Virus record (IMG/VR): IMGVR_UViG_3300003323_000567
Span: 1-64,000 of that record
Length of the DNA stretch: 64,000 nucleotides
Direction: 5' to 3' (one strand)
DNA from: a virus
Under the pieces are notes generated by a model that was not told the DNA's origin, did not search any database, and saw only the letters and a list, made by a program, of their open reading frames with translations. Shown one piece after another: positions 21,001 to 30,321 of the stretch. Numbering within the stretch: the first letter of the stretch is position 1; the number at the start of each line of letters is the position of its first letter. Both the position numbers and the translations under genes were made by a program.

Positions 21001-22033
21001 TGATCTTTACTTCAACTGGCAATTGAGGGTTCAGCTCCACAATTTAAGAAAATATGGTCTGTCAGACAAATATACAGCATTAGTCTGGAAACACAATGAT
21101 AGAGCAAATAAAGAGACTTTTGAGAATCAGTGGAACCAATTACAGAAAGATTATCCAGAAGCTAAAATAGTGTTTTACGAAGATCCCTCAGGGGAGTTGC
21201 TAAGGATAATCAGAATGATGAAGTACATCCCTCTGTTAAGGCCATGGCTGTTAAATAAGTACTTTACGGACCATCCTGAGCTAAAAGATAAGGCTATTTT
21301 GTATATAGACTCTGATGTGGTGTTTACCAAAAAGCCTGATTTCTCTAAATTACTAGATCCATATGTCTGTTATCTAAGTGATACTAAGAGCTACATAGCA
21401 GCTTCTTATTTTGATAGTAAGGTAAAGGATGTGTTGCCAGATAAACTAGAGGCATATAAGCAAGTAGACGTGCTGGATGAGCTAATGAAGGAATTTGGTT
21501 TGAGTAGGAAAGATGCAGAGTTTAATGAAAATGGTTCAGGTGGAGCTCAATATCTATTGAAGAATATAGATGCCCACTTCTGGCAGGATGTCTTTCAAGG
21601 ATGTATCAAAGTTCTGTTAAATCTTAGATCTGTGAACAGGAGATTCTTTGAGAACGAAGATAAAGGTTTCCAATCCTGGTGTGCTGATATGTGGTCCATA
21701 TTATTCAATCTGTGGAAATTGGATTATCCCACTGCCTGCCCTAGGGAAATGGATTTCTGCTGGGCTACAGATCCAATAGGAAAGTGGGATCAAGTTCAGA
21801 TCTACCATGATGCTGGAGCCCATACAAGAGAAATAAGACCTGGACACAGGTTATTTTTGAAGAGAAGTTCTGAATATATAAATAATGAAAGAATGCCTTT
21901 TGAAGATGATCTATCCTTTGTATCTCCTGAATACTGCTCAAGAAATTATGTGAGAGAAATTGAAGAAGCATGTGGAAAAGCAGCATGGGGAGAAGGAAGG
22001 AAGACCTTTTTAAACCCTTTAGTCACTGATTAA
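20966..22033 (+). CDS. GT-A glycosyltransferase resembling peptide O-glycosyltransferases (SGT1/HPAT-like)
   Basis: YIPLLRPWLL, LYIDSDVVF (DxD), GGAQYLL and WCADMW motifs. Confidence 0.6.
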   Translation: MKELQIITAQPNDLYFNWQLRVQLHNLRKYGLSDKYTALVWKHNDRANKETFENQWNQLQKDYPEAKIVFYEDPSGELLRIIRMMKYIPLLRPWLLNKYFTDHPELKDKAILYIDSDVVFTKKPDFSKLLDPYVCYLSDTKSYIAASYFDSKVKDVLPDKLEAYKQVDVLDELMKEFGLSRKDAEFNENGSGGAQYLLKNIDAHFWQDVFQGCIKVLLNLRSVNRRFFENEDKGFQSWCADMWSILFNLWKLDYPTACPREMDFCWATDPIGKWDQVQIYHDAGAHTREIRPGHRLFLKRSSEYINNERMPFEDDLSFVSPEYCSRNYVREIEEACGKAAWGEGRKTFLNPLVTD

Positions 22034-22065
22034 TCAAATCCAATAACCATTTAAACTTTACCAAC

Positions 22066-22572
22066 ATGGCAAAGCGAAACCCTAACCTAAGGGCTTTTGT
22101 CAAATTCGACAAATTTGGACAGGTGGTGCCCGGTTCACTAATTCTAAGATATTCTCCTCCTGAAAGTGGCAGAAGCTACTTCTGGAAAGAAATAACAAAC
22201 GATGAGTGTTGTGCTCTACCAATGTCAAATTATGCATTTTTAGCACCAGACGGGAATGATGAATTCACAATCACAGTCGATGGGGCAACTATAGTAGATA
22301 GTTTCACAAGTATCTCAGGAACTTTTGCTGCAGGATCTGGACAAGTGGTGGTAGCCACTATTGTAGGAGAAGATCCTACTAAGACTCTTCTAGTTGTTGA
22401 TGACACTACAGGAGTTATCCTGTCAAATCAGACAGGTACAACAGGTACATTGACATATACTTTCACTGCTAGTGGCGATGTATATACAATTATAGCTCAC
22501 GCAGGACCAACTACAACCACAACTACTACAACAACAACAACCAGCACAACAACTACCACAACTACTACTTAA
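22066..22572 (+). CDS. Beta-rich (Ig-like) protein with C-terminal poly-Thr tail
   Basis: 168 aa, ending GPTTTTTTTTTTTSTTTTTTTT. Confidence 0.7.
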   Translation: MAKRNPNLRAFVKFDKFGQVVPGSLILRYSPPESGRSYFWKEITNDECCALPMSNYAFLAPDGNDEFTITVDGATIVDSFTSISGTFAAGSGQVVVATIVGEDPTKTLLVVDDTTGVILSNQTGTTGTLTYTFTASGDVYTIIAHAGPTTTTTTTTTTTSTTTTTTTT

Positions 22573-22580
22573 TGACACTA

Positions 22581-22610
22581 TTAGGGGAGCCGTAACTCCC
22601 CTAATCTTGT
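22581..22610 (+). terminator. Hairpin, probable intrinsic terminator
   Basis: TTAGGGGAG-ccgtaa-CTCCCCTAA followed by TCTTGT. Confidence 0.55.
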
Positions 22611-22628
22611 TAACTCAAAAACTTAAAA

Positions 22629-22814
22629 ATGATGTCTCAAGAAATAGACAAAATTTTCAGTGCTGTTCTGTGGCCCGTAACACTATTATTAAACATGGTC
22701 GCAAGCCTACCCCCATTTGGAGTTGTGTTAAGCTCAATCGTATCAATACTAGCAATCATTCACTATGGTATAGTTATAGTGAAAGCATTAAGAGGAAAGA
22801 AAGAAAAAGAATGA
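22629..22814 (+). CDS. Holin-like small membrane protein
   Basis: Two TM segments and a basic C-terminus (RGKKEKE), with adjacent Met-Met starts. Confidence 0.5.
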   Translation: MMSQEIDKIFSAVLWPVTLLLNMVASLPPFGVVLSSIVSILAIIHYGIVIVKALRGKKEKE

Positions 22815-23290
22815 GAAGAATAATAACAGGGGTTTTACTACTGCTTCTTGCATCCTGTGTTACTCAGAAAAGATGCCTGCAGAAGTTCCCTCCACAAATC
22901 GTCACAAAGGACAGTATTATTACAAAGGACACTACACTATATGTCGTTCTTCGGGATACTATTCCGGGAGACAGTATTGTTTTGCATGATAGTATTCCAT
23001 GTCCAGAGGTTCAATACCATAAGGAAGTTAAATCTCCCTCGGGGAGGACTACTGCTAGGGTCGATATAAACAAGGGCAAATTGATTGTTGACTGCAAAGT
23101 AGATAGTCTGAACAGAGTAATAGATAGCTTAAAGGTTAAAATCAAAGCCACAGAAACCTATCACTCTGAAGTAAAGATAGTAGAGAAGCCTGTTATAAAG
23201 AACAAAACACCTATATGGGCATGGGTAATGCTCGGGGCCCTAGCCTTATACTTTCTCATTCCAATTGTTGTCAAAGCACTAAAGAAGTAA
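22811..23290 (+). CDS. Lipoprotein with C-terminal TM helix (unimolecular spanin-like)
   Basis: MRRIITGVLLLLLAS-C lipobox and C-terminal IWAWVMLGALALYFLIPIVV helix. Confidence 0.65.
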   Translation: MRRIITGVLLLLLASCVTQKRCLQKFPPQIVTKDSIITKDTTLYVVLRDTIPGDSIVLHDSIPCPEVQYHKEVKSPSGRTTARVDINKGKLIVDCKVDSLNRVIDSLKVKIKATETYHSEVKIVEKPVIKNKTPIWAWVMLGALALYFLIPIVVKALKK

Positions 23291-23291
23291 T

Positions 23292-23690
23292 ATGGCAAGC
23301 TATTTACCCCCTAAGGGAATAGGGATGACTCCTGATAGAGCAATGCAAATGTTGTTCTATTTTCATGACTGGGCACATTTCAAGCATCTACAAACAACAT
23401 CTTTTGCAGAGCATAAAGCCCTGGATAAGTTGTACAAGGGACTCGTAGATTTCAAAGATGAGATTGCAGAGCTTCTCCTTGGCTATATACAGCCCAAAAG
23501 ATTCACTGACTCACCGAAGATACCAGTTGATAAGAATGCAGATCACACAAAACTACTTGATGAGCTTTGCAAGTTTGCAGATGAGCTCTATGAGTATGGA
23601 GAACAAACAAAGTGGTGGGCCTTATCTAACAAAGCAGCTGATTTGAGTGGACTTGGGTACAAAGTAAAATATTTACTAACTTTGTCCTAA
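23292..23690 (+). CDS. Ferritin/Dps-like four-helix protein
   Basis: HFKHLQTTSFAEHKALDKLY...DEIAE pattern and KYLLTL C-terminus. Confidence 0.65.
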   Translation: MASYLPPKGIGMTPDRAMQMLFYFHDWAHFKHLQTTSFAEHKALDKLYKGLVDFKDEIAELLLGYIQPKRFTDSPKIPVDKNADHTKLLDELCKFADELYEYGEQTKWWALSNKAADLSGLGYKVKYLLTLS

Positions 23691-23971
23691 TGCAAGTTCA
23701 AAAACTTAACTTTCCATCAGTAATACCTGATAATGAATCCACTTACTTAAACTATCTTACTGGACTTATAGAGTCAGTGGATTATGATTCTGACATCATG
23801 ATATATAGGAAGGAGGATGGAATCATGATGAGAATTTGTCCTTCAACCCATCAGACCTTTCTGACAATCCTTGATATTGTAAAGAAATTTCATACCATGC
23901 TGGGAATCCATGTTGAGTTTTCCAAGAGCATGAAAGCAGGTAACAACATAACATATACAATAAATTTCTAA
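23690..23971 (+). CDS. Hypothetical protein
   Basis: 93-aa ORF preceded by a TAACTTTG box (23677-23684). Confidence 0.6.
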   Translation: MQVQKLNFPSVIPDNESTYLNYLTGLIESVDYDSDIMIYRKEDGIMMRICPSTHQTFLTILDIVKKFHTMLGIHVEFSKSMKAGNNITYTINF

Positions 23972-23976
23972 AAACC

Positions 23977-24288
23977 ATGGCAAAAGTAACAGCAATGCAG
24001 GCTTCCAAGAAGCCTAGCTTTAGTCCAAATGTAAATTACAAATGGGAACCAACTGATGTATTTGAAGTGACAGGTCAGCAATTGGCATCCCTGTATCATT
24101 GTCTAACCAGGGAGGTAAATGACCCTTCAGGTTCAAGTATAGCTCTGAAATATGAAGCTTTCAACACTATAATGGACATATTCAAAAGGGGGGTAGAGCA
24201 AGGCGTGATTGTAGAAATGGATGCTCCCTTAAGTGGAGAAGATGTTCATGATCTCAGTGAGAATGTAAACAAGTTGTTCAAATCCTAA
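23977..24288 (+). CDS. Hypothetical protein
   Basis: 103-aa ORF in operon context. Confidence 0.6.
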   Translation: MAKVTAMQASKKPSFSPNVNYKWEPTDVFEVTGQQLASLYHCLTREVNDPSGSSIALKYEAFNTIMDIFKRGVEQGVIVEMDAPLSGEDVHDLSENVNKLFKS

Positions 24289-24298
24289 AACAAAGTTG

Positions 24299-24430
24299 AT
24301 GGCAAAAAAGTCTAAGAAAATGTCTGCTACACCAGTTCCCCCTAAGGGAGCTAGAAAACAGGGTACTGGGACAGGGCAGAGCCCCATGGGCTATAATACA
24401 GCTAGTGGATCTAAGAAGGGAAAGAAATAA
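24299..24430 (+). CDS. Small basic protein (43 aa)
   Basis: MAKKSKKMSATPVPPKGARKQG...SKKGKK; fills the gap before the terminator. Confidence 0.45.
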   Translation: MAKKSKKMSATPVPPKGARKQGTGTGQSPMGYNTASGSKKGKK

Positions 24431-24462
24431 AAAAGGGGGCTTATACCCCCTTTCTTCTTTTT
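24428..24462. terminator. Bidirectional intrinsic terminator at the strand convergence
   Basis: A-run, then GGGGG-cttata-CCCCC, then TTTCTTCTTTTT, between convergent gene blocks. Confidence 0.8.
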
Positions 24463-24817
24463 AGGTCAATTTGTGTCCCACGATACTCATCAATCTCTCT
24501 GCATCTTCCCTCTTTAGAGGAATCTGAGAAGCGAACCATGCTCTTTCTTTCACTCGATCTATTCTCTTCAGCTTTCCTCCTGCAAAGATTGGCTTCTCCA
24601 CGAAATCTGCCTGTTCGTGCCCATCATCTAAAAGGATGGTAAACTCATCAGGATTAGTCCAGTGACCTCTCACAACTTTGTCAATGTTAAAACAGTCCCA
24701 ATACGTTTCTACGACTTCTTGCTCCACAAAATCTGCTCCTGGTTTGTCATCAAGGTTCTCAATTGGAACCTTTACTTTTCTTTTTACTTCTCGTTGATAA
24801 AAAAACAGATTAGACAT
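24461..24817 (-). CDS. Hypothetical protein
   Basis: 118-aa ORF. Confidence 0.6.
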   Translation of the reverse strand: MSNLFFYQREVKRKVKVPIENLDDKPGADFVEQEVVETYWDCFNIDKVVRGHWTNPDEFTILLDDGHEQADFVEKPIFAGGKLKRIDRVKERAWFASQIPLKREDAERLMSIVGHKLT

Positions 24818-24821
24818 AATT

Positions 24822-25214
24822 TTAATATTGCCAGGTTATTGCTTTTACTGCCCACATTTGACTGGCTTGGGCATCGGTGATAGCTACTGAGTACATTCTC
24901 TTCTTTTCTGATCCTTCTGCTGTAGTCCTCATAGTATCCAAGAGGTCAATCAGATCTGCATATTTCTTCTTTACAAGCTCTACCTCAGGGTTCCCCCCTG
25001 GGTTGAATGTTAGACCTACAGCTTTCTGACCGAAGGTTAAAGGATGATTCTGTGCTTGCAATGTTGCAACATCTGCCATATTTAGTTTGAATTGTTTACA
25101 TATATCTCGCTCCATGAATTCATACATCTTATCCCATAACCATTGTCGATGTTCCTTATCCCCATGAGCTATCTCATCATAGAGGGCAATGAGAATCTTT
25201 TGAATGTTATCCAT
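24822..25214 (-). CDS. Acb2/Tad1-like helical-hairpin protein (candidate immune-signal sponge); possible internal start at 25079
   Basis: C-terminal RMYSVAITDAQASQMWAVKAITW resembles the Acb2/Tad1 hairpin. A TATATTTG box at 25218-25225 supports the start at 25214. Confidence 0.5.
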   Translation of the reverse strand: MDNIQKILIALYDEIAHGDKEHRQWLWDKMYEFMERDICKQFKLNMADVATLQAQNHPLTFGQKAVGLTFNPGGNPEVELVKKKYADLIDLLDTMRTTAEGSEKKRMYSVAITDAQASQMWAVKAITWQY

Positions 25215-25231
25215 ATGCAAATATATGACTT

Positions 25232-25579
25232 TTAGATCAAACCAAACCTTTCCTTAGCCTTTTCTATAGCCTTCCTATGAACTTCTGTAGGATGCCCATC
25301 AGTTTTAAGAGAATGGCATGTGAGACAGCATAAGAAGATATTATCTTTTTCGAATGCCAGATCCGGCCTCTTGCTTTTTTCTATCAAATGATCAAAATAA
25401 TAGCTTCTGGCAGGCTCATAGAGCTTCTTCCCACATGACTCACACTTCCTATTTGCCTCTGAGGTAGCCCCCCATATATCTGCAAAGAAATTAAACTCAT
25501 CAACTATCCTTTTCATGTCCCTGCCTTTAGCTTTCCTGGATAGCTTTGCCTTTCCTCTTTTAAGTGGCGTTCGCTTCAT
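25232..25579 (-). CDS. HNH-family nuclease
   Basis: CESC...FDHLIEK...NIFLCCLTCH motif. Confidence 0.75.
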   Translation of the reverse strand: MKRTPLKRGKAKLSRKAKGRDMKRIVDEFNFFADIWGATSEANRKCESCGKKLYEPARSYYFDHLIEKSKRPDLAFEKDNIFLCCLTCHSLKTDGHPTEVHRKAIEKAKERFGLI

Positions 25580-26561
25580 TGATTTTCAGAATTAATTGAT
25601 TTTCAATCTCTTGAGCTAATTCAGGGGTTCCTTCTAATATCTCCCTTAATTTGTCTTCCCCTTGGGCCTTGACAAGCCTATCTCCTTCTCCATAACTGTA
25701 CCAAGCTCCTCCTTTCTTCAAGATCTCGTGTTCTACAGCCAGATCTATCACTTCTCCTAATCTATCAATCCCTTTCCCAAAAAGTATCCTGAACTCTGCT
25801 TCCCCAAAGGGCGGTGCTAACTTGTTTTTCACAATCTTGCACCTGGTCTTATTTGCAACTGCCTCTCCATCAATCCTTTCTACACTTTTCCTTACTTCTA
25901 TTCTCATATGAGCATAGAACTTCAGAGCATTACCACCATTAGTAGTCTCAGGAGATCCAAACATCACACCGATCTTCTCCCTGAACTGGGATATGAAGAT
26001 CACCAGGCAATTTCCTACTGCAGCAGCATTCATGATCTTAGGTACTGCCATACTCATCATTCTTGCATGTAAACCTACTGCACTATCTCCCACTTCTCCT
26101 TCCATTACCTTCTTGGGCAACATAGAGGTCTGAGAATCTATAATAGCTACTCCAATCTCACCTGTCTTTATCAACCTTTCAGCTATGTTATAGCACTTCT
26201 CCCCACCCCCTTCATCTGCTTGGAAAATCATTAGATCGTCCATGTTGATCCCAAGGGAGGTTGCATACTTCTTGTCCAAGCTATGCTCACCATCCAGATA
26301 AAGGCATTTTAGACCCGTTGCCTGTGCATTTGCTACTACTTTCTGAGCTATAGTTGACTTCCCCGAGGATTCCCATCCCATCAACTCTACTATCCTTGCC
26401 CGAGGGAGTCCTCCAATCCCAGTTGCTAAGTCCAATTTAAGTGAACCAGTACTTATTACTTCAACCTTATCAGGTCTGCTTGAGGGAGAGATAATAGTGC
26501 CTTTGCCAAAGTCCTTCTCTAACCTGTCAAGCTCTTTTTGAAGCGGAGTTTTTTCTGCCAT
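25560..26561 (-). CDS. recA: RecA recombinase
   Basis: STGSLKLDLATGIGGLP, GWESSGKST (Walker A), QFREKIGVMFGSPETTNGGNALKFYA. Confidence 0.97.
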   Translation of the reverse strand: MAEKTPLQKELDRLEKDFGKGTIISPSSRPDKVEVISTGSLKLDLATGIGGLPRARIVELMGWESSGKSTIAQKVVANAQATGLKCLYLDGEHSLDKKYATSLGINMDDLMIFQADEGGGEKCYNIAERLIKTGEIGVAIIDSQTSMLPKKVMEGEVGDSAVGLHARMMSMAVPKIMNAAAVGNCLVIFISQFREKIGVMFGSPETTNGGNALKFYAHMRIEVRKSVERIDGEAVANKTRCKIVKNKLAPPFGEAEFRILFGKGIDRLGEVIDLAVEHEILKKGGAWYSYGEGDRLVKAQGEDKLREILEGTPELAQEIENQLILKINEANAT

Positions 26562-26829
26562 ATTGCGAATTTACAAAAATAAAATGGCCCTACCATGAAT
26601 AGTAGGGCCCACAAACACAACCTATCATAACTATCTGGGTCTCTCTACTTTATATATGAGCTTTCTCAGCTCCTTCTTTAGAAAGTCCTCTCTATTTTGT
26701 ACCTGTTGTAACTCTTTCATTAGAGAGTCTATTCTGTCATTTTCTTCCTGTGTTAAAGCTGGTTTGTATTCTGGCATGTTATAAAAATTTAGGTTTCAAA
26801 TATAACCCATAAACCCATAACCAGACAAG

Positions 26830-27213
26830 TTATTTGGAAGATATACATTCATCTCCAACGTTAAAATAAGAGTAGAACATACAGTTACACATAAGATGAC
26901 CAATGTGGTGTTCCTGACTCTCTGGGTCTATTTCCTGCCCGTCAATGAGAGCTGCCAAATGCCTCTGCATACTATCCAAGATCTCCTGCCTGTCTAATCC
27001 TTTTTTCCAATTGTCCCTTGCGTACTTATCAGCACCATACATGAGCACTTTAACCATAGGCTCCAGAGACTTGAAGTGAACCATTGACCACTTTGGCTTC
27101 CCCTGGTTGTACCTGAGGGCCTTCTGATTATGCTCCACAATGGATTTCTGAAGCCGTGTGAGCTCAGGATCTGAGTCATGTTCTTTTTTATACTGTCCTA
27201 ATCCGTAAGACAT
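26830..27213 (-). CDS. dATP/dGTP diphosphohydrolase-like (DUF5664-type) protein
   Basis: RYNQGKPKWS...YGADKYARDNWKKG...RHL...DPES...HIGHLMCN pattern. Confidence 0.75.
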   Translation of the reverse strand: MSYGLGQYKKEHDSDPELTRLQKSIVEHNQKALRYNQGKPKWSMVHFKSLEPMVKVLMYGADKYARDNWKKGLDRQEILDSMQRHLAALIDGQEIDPESQEHHIGHLMCNCMFYSYFNVGDECISSK

Positions 27214-27214
27214 A

Positions 27215-27592
27215 TTACAATTGTTTTTCAAGTAATTCAAATGCCTCATGGAATGCTGATACTTCAGCTGTGTGTCTACTTGGAGCAGGAAGTGTATCTG
27301 CCAAACCTTCTTTTCCTTTTTCTTCAACATAATATTGAAAACATCCAGGCATACTACATACTGACACAAAGATTCCAAGGGAATCAAAGATGTCATAAAG
27401 CTTCCTTGGATCCATCTGGATCATCAAGCCCACAAACATCTCTTTTGATTTCTCGGGGTCTTTGGGATCAATGAATTCATCTGTTACACTCTGTAACTCA
27501 GGCTGATTGAAGACCCATTCCTGGATCTTCAGTACAGCCTTTGGATATCTTGCCTTAATTTGTACAAAATCAAGGGTTGGAAATACTGCCAT
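27215..27592 (-). CDS. Hypothetical protein
   Basis: 125-aa ORF. Confidence 0.55.
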   Translation of the reverse strand: MAVFPTLDFVQIKARYPKAVLKIQEWVFNQPELQSVTDEFIDPKDPEKSKEMFVGLMIQMDPRKLYDIFDSLGIFVSVCSMPGCFQYYVEEKGKEGLADTLPAPSRHTAEVSAFHEAFELLEKQL

Positions 27593-27605
27593 ATTAAGAT
27601 TGTTT

Positions 27606-28160
27606 TTAATGAAATAATGATATATCAAGTACTTCTTTGTCCATATCAGGAGAACTCCATAATTCCATATCCTCTGGGATTTTCTCCCCTATCTTCCTCT
27701 CCCAGTAATCCTTTATCTCCTTAGTTCTATTAAAGATATGGTAGTGCAGAGATTTCTTCACTACCTTTCCTCCCTTGGGGAGATCTACAAGGATTTCCAT
27801 TGGAAACTGGGAAACATATTCAGCACTGAACCTGGAGTATTTCCCTTGCAGAAACAATTGATATTCAGGAAGATATCTATTATCTACCTTATACACAACT
27901 ACAACAAATCCTCCTCTGTAATCATAATCCTCCAATATCAAACTTGGTTTCCTATACTCCTCTTCTAAGAATTTCTGGAAAGCTGGTACATCTTCAGGTT
28001 TGAAAAGAAGGTATAATGCCTCCTCATAGTGAACCTCATGTTGTAGATCATCCAGATATGCAGCCACAAAGCCATATGGCAGTAACTCCTGTCTGGTATG
28101 CCCTATACCAGGAAGCAGAAATATGGTTGTACAATTCTTCCTATCTTTTTCTGTTATCAT
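27606..28160 (-). CDS. Hypothetical protein
   Basis: 184-aa ORF in the replication block. Confidence 0.65.
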   Translation of the reverse strand: MITEKDRKNCTTIFLLPGIGHTRQELLPYGFVAAYLDDLQHEVHYEEALYLLFKPEDVPAFQKFLEEEYRKPSLILEDYDYRGGFVVVVYKVDNRYLPEYQLFLQGKYSRFSAEYVSQFPMEILVDLPKGGKVVKKSLHYHIFNRTKEIKDYWERKIGEKIPEDMELWSSPDMDKEVLDISLFH

Positions 28161-28170
28161 TGATTAAGCT

Positions 28171-29280
28171 TTAGGTCTCAAACGGTTTTATCTTAACTAT
28201 CCCATTGTTTCTATAATTCTCTCTCGAAATGTTCCATATTCCTGTTCTCTTGTGCCAAATCATGTCCATGACTGCAGCTATGACACCAGGATAATATTTT
28301 CCTTTTATCACAAATCCCCTCATACCTTGTGTAAGGTTCATAGTATCAGTCACATATATAAGAGGACTCTTATAGTTATTACTATCTGCTACTATAAAAG
28401 CAGGCCATCTGACTGTATAGTCTGCTAACTCTGTCTGCTTCTTTTTCCATTCTACTACAAGATAGAAATACAAAGCAGCCTGAATATAGTACTTGTACTT
28501 GAAATAGTTATTCAGAAACTCTCCTTCATTGTCCCACGCAGTTTTCAGATCATAAATATGTATTTCTTTTGCACTATGATCTATTATCAGCTTATCTACC
28601 AGACACTTAGCTTTCGCCTCATCTTCTTCTACTCCTTCCCCAAGGCAATCCTTCAAGCTATCCACTATAGGGAATTGATTATAAACTGTAATTCCTTCAC
28701 TATTGACCATATTTATGATGTCTGCAGTAATTTGGTTCGTTCTGAGCTCACTAATCACATTCAGAGCATTATCTACCATAGCAGGTTCAATTACTTCTTT
28801 TCCATGCGCCTCTCTTAGTTGCCTGTAGTAGATCTCCAGATCTGACCCCATGAATTTCCTTTTTACCACATCAAAGCTATCTCTCTTGAAGTCTACAACT
28901 GTCCCATTCCTATCAAACTTCACATTATTATAGGCCTCTTCGAGCATATCCTCAAGATCTCTGGTTACTTCCCCTGCTTCATTTGCACTTCTACTAGTAA
29001 CATTCATCAACTCATCTATAAGCTTCCCGTATTGCCCCTTGGGGGCATCTGTGATAGATAGTGTAAATCTCCTATCAAACTCGTCAGGGGAGAATATTAG
29101 GCAGTCTACCAGAGATCCGAAGATAGTGCTTTGGGTATCAGAATCTCGCACTGGTTCCTTTAAAATAAACTTTCTGTAATACTTCTTTCTATCCTCAATG
29201 AATACTTTGATCGAGGAGTATGAATCTATGTCGAGCGCTCTGTACTGTGCTTCTGTCATTTTAGATGTTGTATTATCCAT
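28171..29280 (-). CDS. PD-(D/E)xK exonuclease (ExoVIII/DUF3799-like)
   Basis: SYSSIK, FGSLVDC, KCLVDKL...YDLKT and YYIQAALY motifs. A TATATTTG box lies 4 nt upstream of the start. Confidence 0.8.
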   Translation of the reverse strand: MDNTTSKMTEAQYRALDIDSYSSIKVFIEDRKKYYRKFILKEPVRDSDTQSTIFGSLVDCLIFSPDEFDRRFTLSITDAPKGQYGKLIDELMNVTSRSANEAGEVTRDLEDMLEEAYNNVKFDRNGTVVDFKRDSFDVVKRKFMGSDLEIYYRQLREAHGKEVIEPAMVDNALNVISELRTNQITADIINMVNSEGITVYNQFPIVDSLKDCLGEGVEEDEAKAKCLVDKLIIDHSAKEIHIYDLKTAWDNEGEFLNNYFKYKYYIQAALYFYLVVEWKKKQTELADYTVRWPAFIVADSNNYKSPLIYVTDTMNLTQGMRGFVIKGKYYPGVIAAVMDMIWHKRTGIWNISRENYRNNGIVKIKPFET

Positions 29281-29359
29281 AATACAAATATACACCCTCC
29301 TAGAACAAAAAGTATCAGGAGGGTGTATATAAATACCAGGACTGCAAACCTGGTCTTGG

Positions 29360-29773
29360 TTATGAGTTTTTCTTTGTCCATTTCTCAGCATTTTTTAGGT
29401 GATTCAGAATGTTTCCTGCTCCTACGGGGTTATCAGAATGGACTGCATAAGGAGGAAGCTCAAGCTTATGATCAAGACAATAGTTGACCAGCCATTTGGC
29501 ACATTCATATCCAGTCTTTTCCACATAGTCCGAATATTCTACTTGTCCAGAACTCAGGAACTTCTGATAATGCTCATCTGCCAAATCATGGTCAAAGGAA
29601 ATGAACTCTGGCAACCCCATTTCTTCAATAGTATTCACAAATGATTTATAATTTCTACATATAACCCATCCATTCTCAAGGTAGATGGGATTTTTTCTCC
29701 CTATCCTAAGGTGCATGTAGCTCACACAGTGGACAGGATTTCTCTTGTCGTCAAGAAAGAGCTTGTATCCCAT
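29360..29773 (-). CDS. Cyclic-phosphate-processing receiver-like domain protein
   Basis: LFLDDKRNP...ISFDHDL...TGYECAKWL...VHSDNPVG. Confidence 0.7.
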   Translation of the reverse strand: MGYKLFLDDKRNPVHCVSYMHLRIGRKNPIYLENGWVICRNYKSFVNTIEEMGLPEFISFDHDLADEHYQKFLSSGQVEYSDYVEKTGYECAKWLVNYCLDHKLELPPYAVHSDNPVGAGNILNHLKNAEKWTKKNS

Positions 29774-29911
29774 ATTAGTCGTCTATTAAATTATCCACTA
29801 TCTCTCCAATGAAGTCTCTGACTATTTCCTCTCCTGCCGGCCATATGGAGGCCAATATGATCAAGAAGACTATTACTCCAACTGCTCCTATGATAATGTA
29901 AGCTATTCCCA

Positions 29912-30304
29912 TTATAGATTTTTTACTTGTTTATAGGCCTTCAGGAACTCTACCCAATCTGCCCATGTCATGGTCACAAGTAGATTCTCCTCTACCAGAC
30001 CATCCAGCTTATGAATCAGTACCCTGGGGTTTTTGTGTATCCCATCTCCCGGAGGGAAGTTCTTAGCCAAAACCTCTTTCATTTCTTTAAAGAGGACATC
30101 AGCTTTTGGTCTGGCAGTCTTATAGCCAGACTTGATTTGGACATTGAGTGGGAGTCCGCTAAGATCAATTCCACAATCATCGAGTAATCTGCTTGCCTGT
30201 CTGGCAGTCTTACAGAACTCGAATCCTATATCCCTAAACTTCTTAGCAAACTCCCTCTCTGCATTATGTCCTTTTGTACGAGAGTATGATTTTGATCTTG
30301 TCAT
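29912..30304 (-). CDS. Holliday junction resolvase-like PD-(D/E)xK nuclease
   Basis: RTKGHNAERE...DDCGIDL...VQIK. Confidence 0.7.
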   Translation of the reverse strand: MTRSKSYSRTKGHNAEREFAKKFRDIGFEFCKTARQASRLLDDCGIDLSGLPLNVQIKSGYKTARPKADVLFKEMKEVLAKNFPPGDGIHKNPRVLIHKLDGLVEENLLVTMTWADWVEFLKAYKQVKNL

Positions 30305-30321
30305 TCAGCAAAGATACTGAA

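Noticed and set aside
19633-22569. ACN-rich stretches as DNA microsatellites or DGR variable repeats
   Set aside because: They are mixed-codon poly-Thr coding tails, and no reverse transcriptase or template repeat is present.
22607-22810. N-terminal 68 aa of ORF 22607-23290
   Set aside because: It overlaps the holin-like ORF, and the lipoprotein signal shows the real start is 22811.
26830-27213. Z-genome (2-aminoadenine) pathway suggested by the DUF5664-like gene
   Set aside because: No PurZ or DatZ homologue is in the window, and this domain is common without them.
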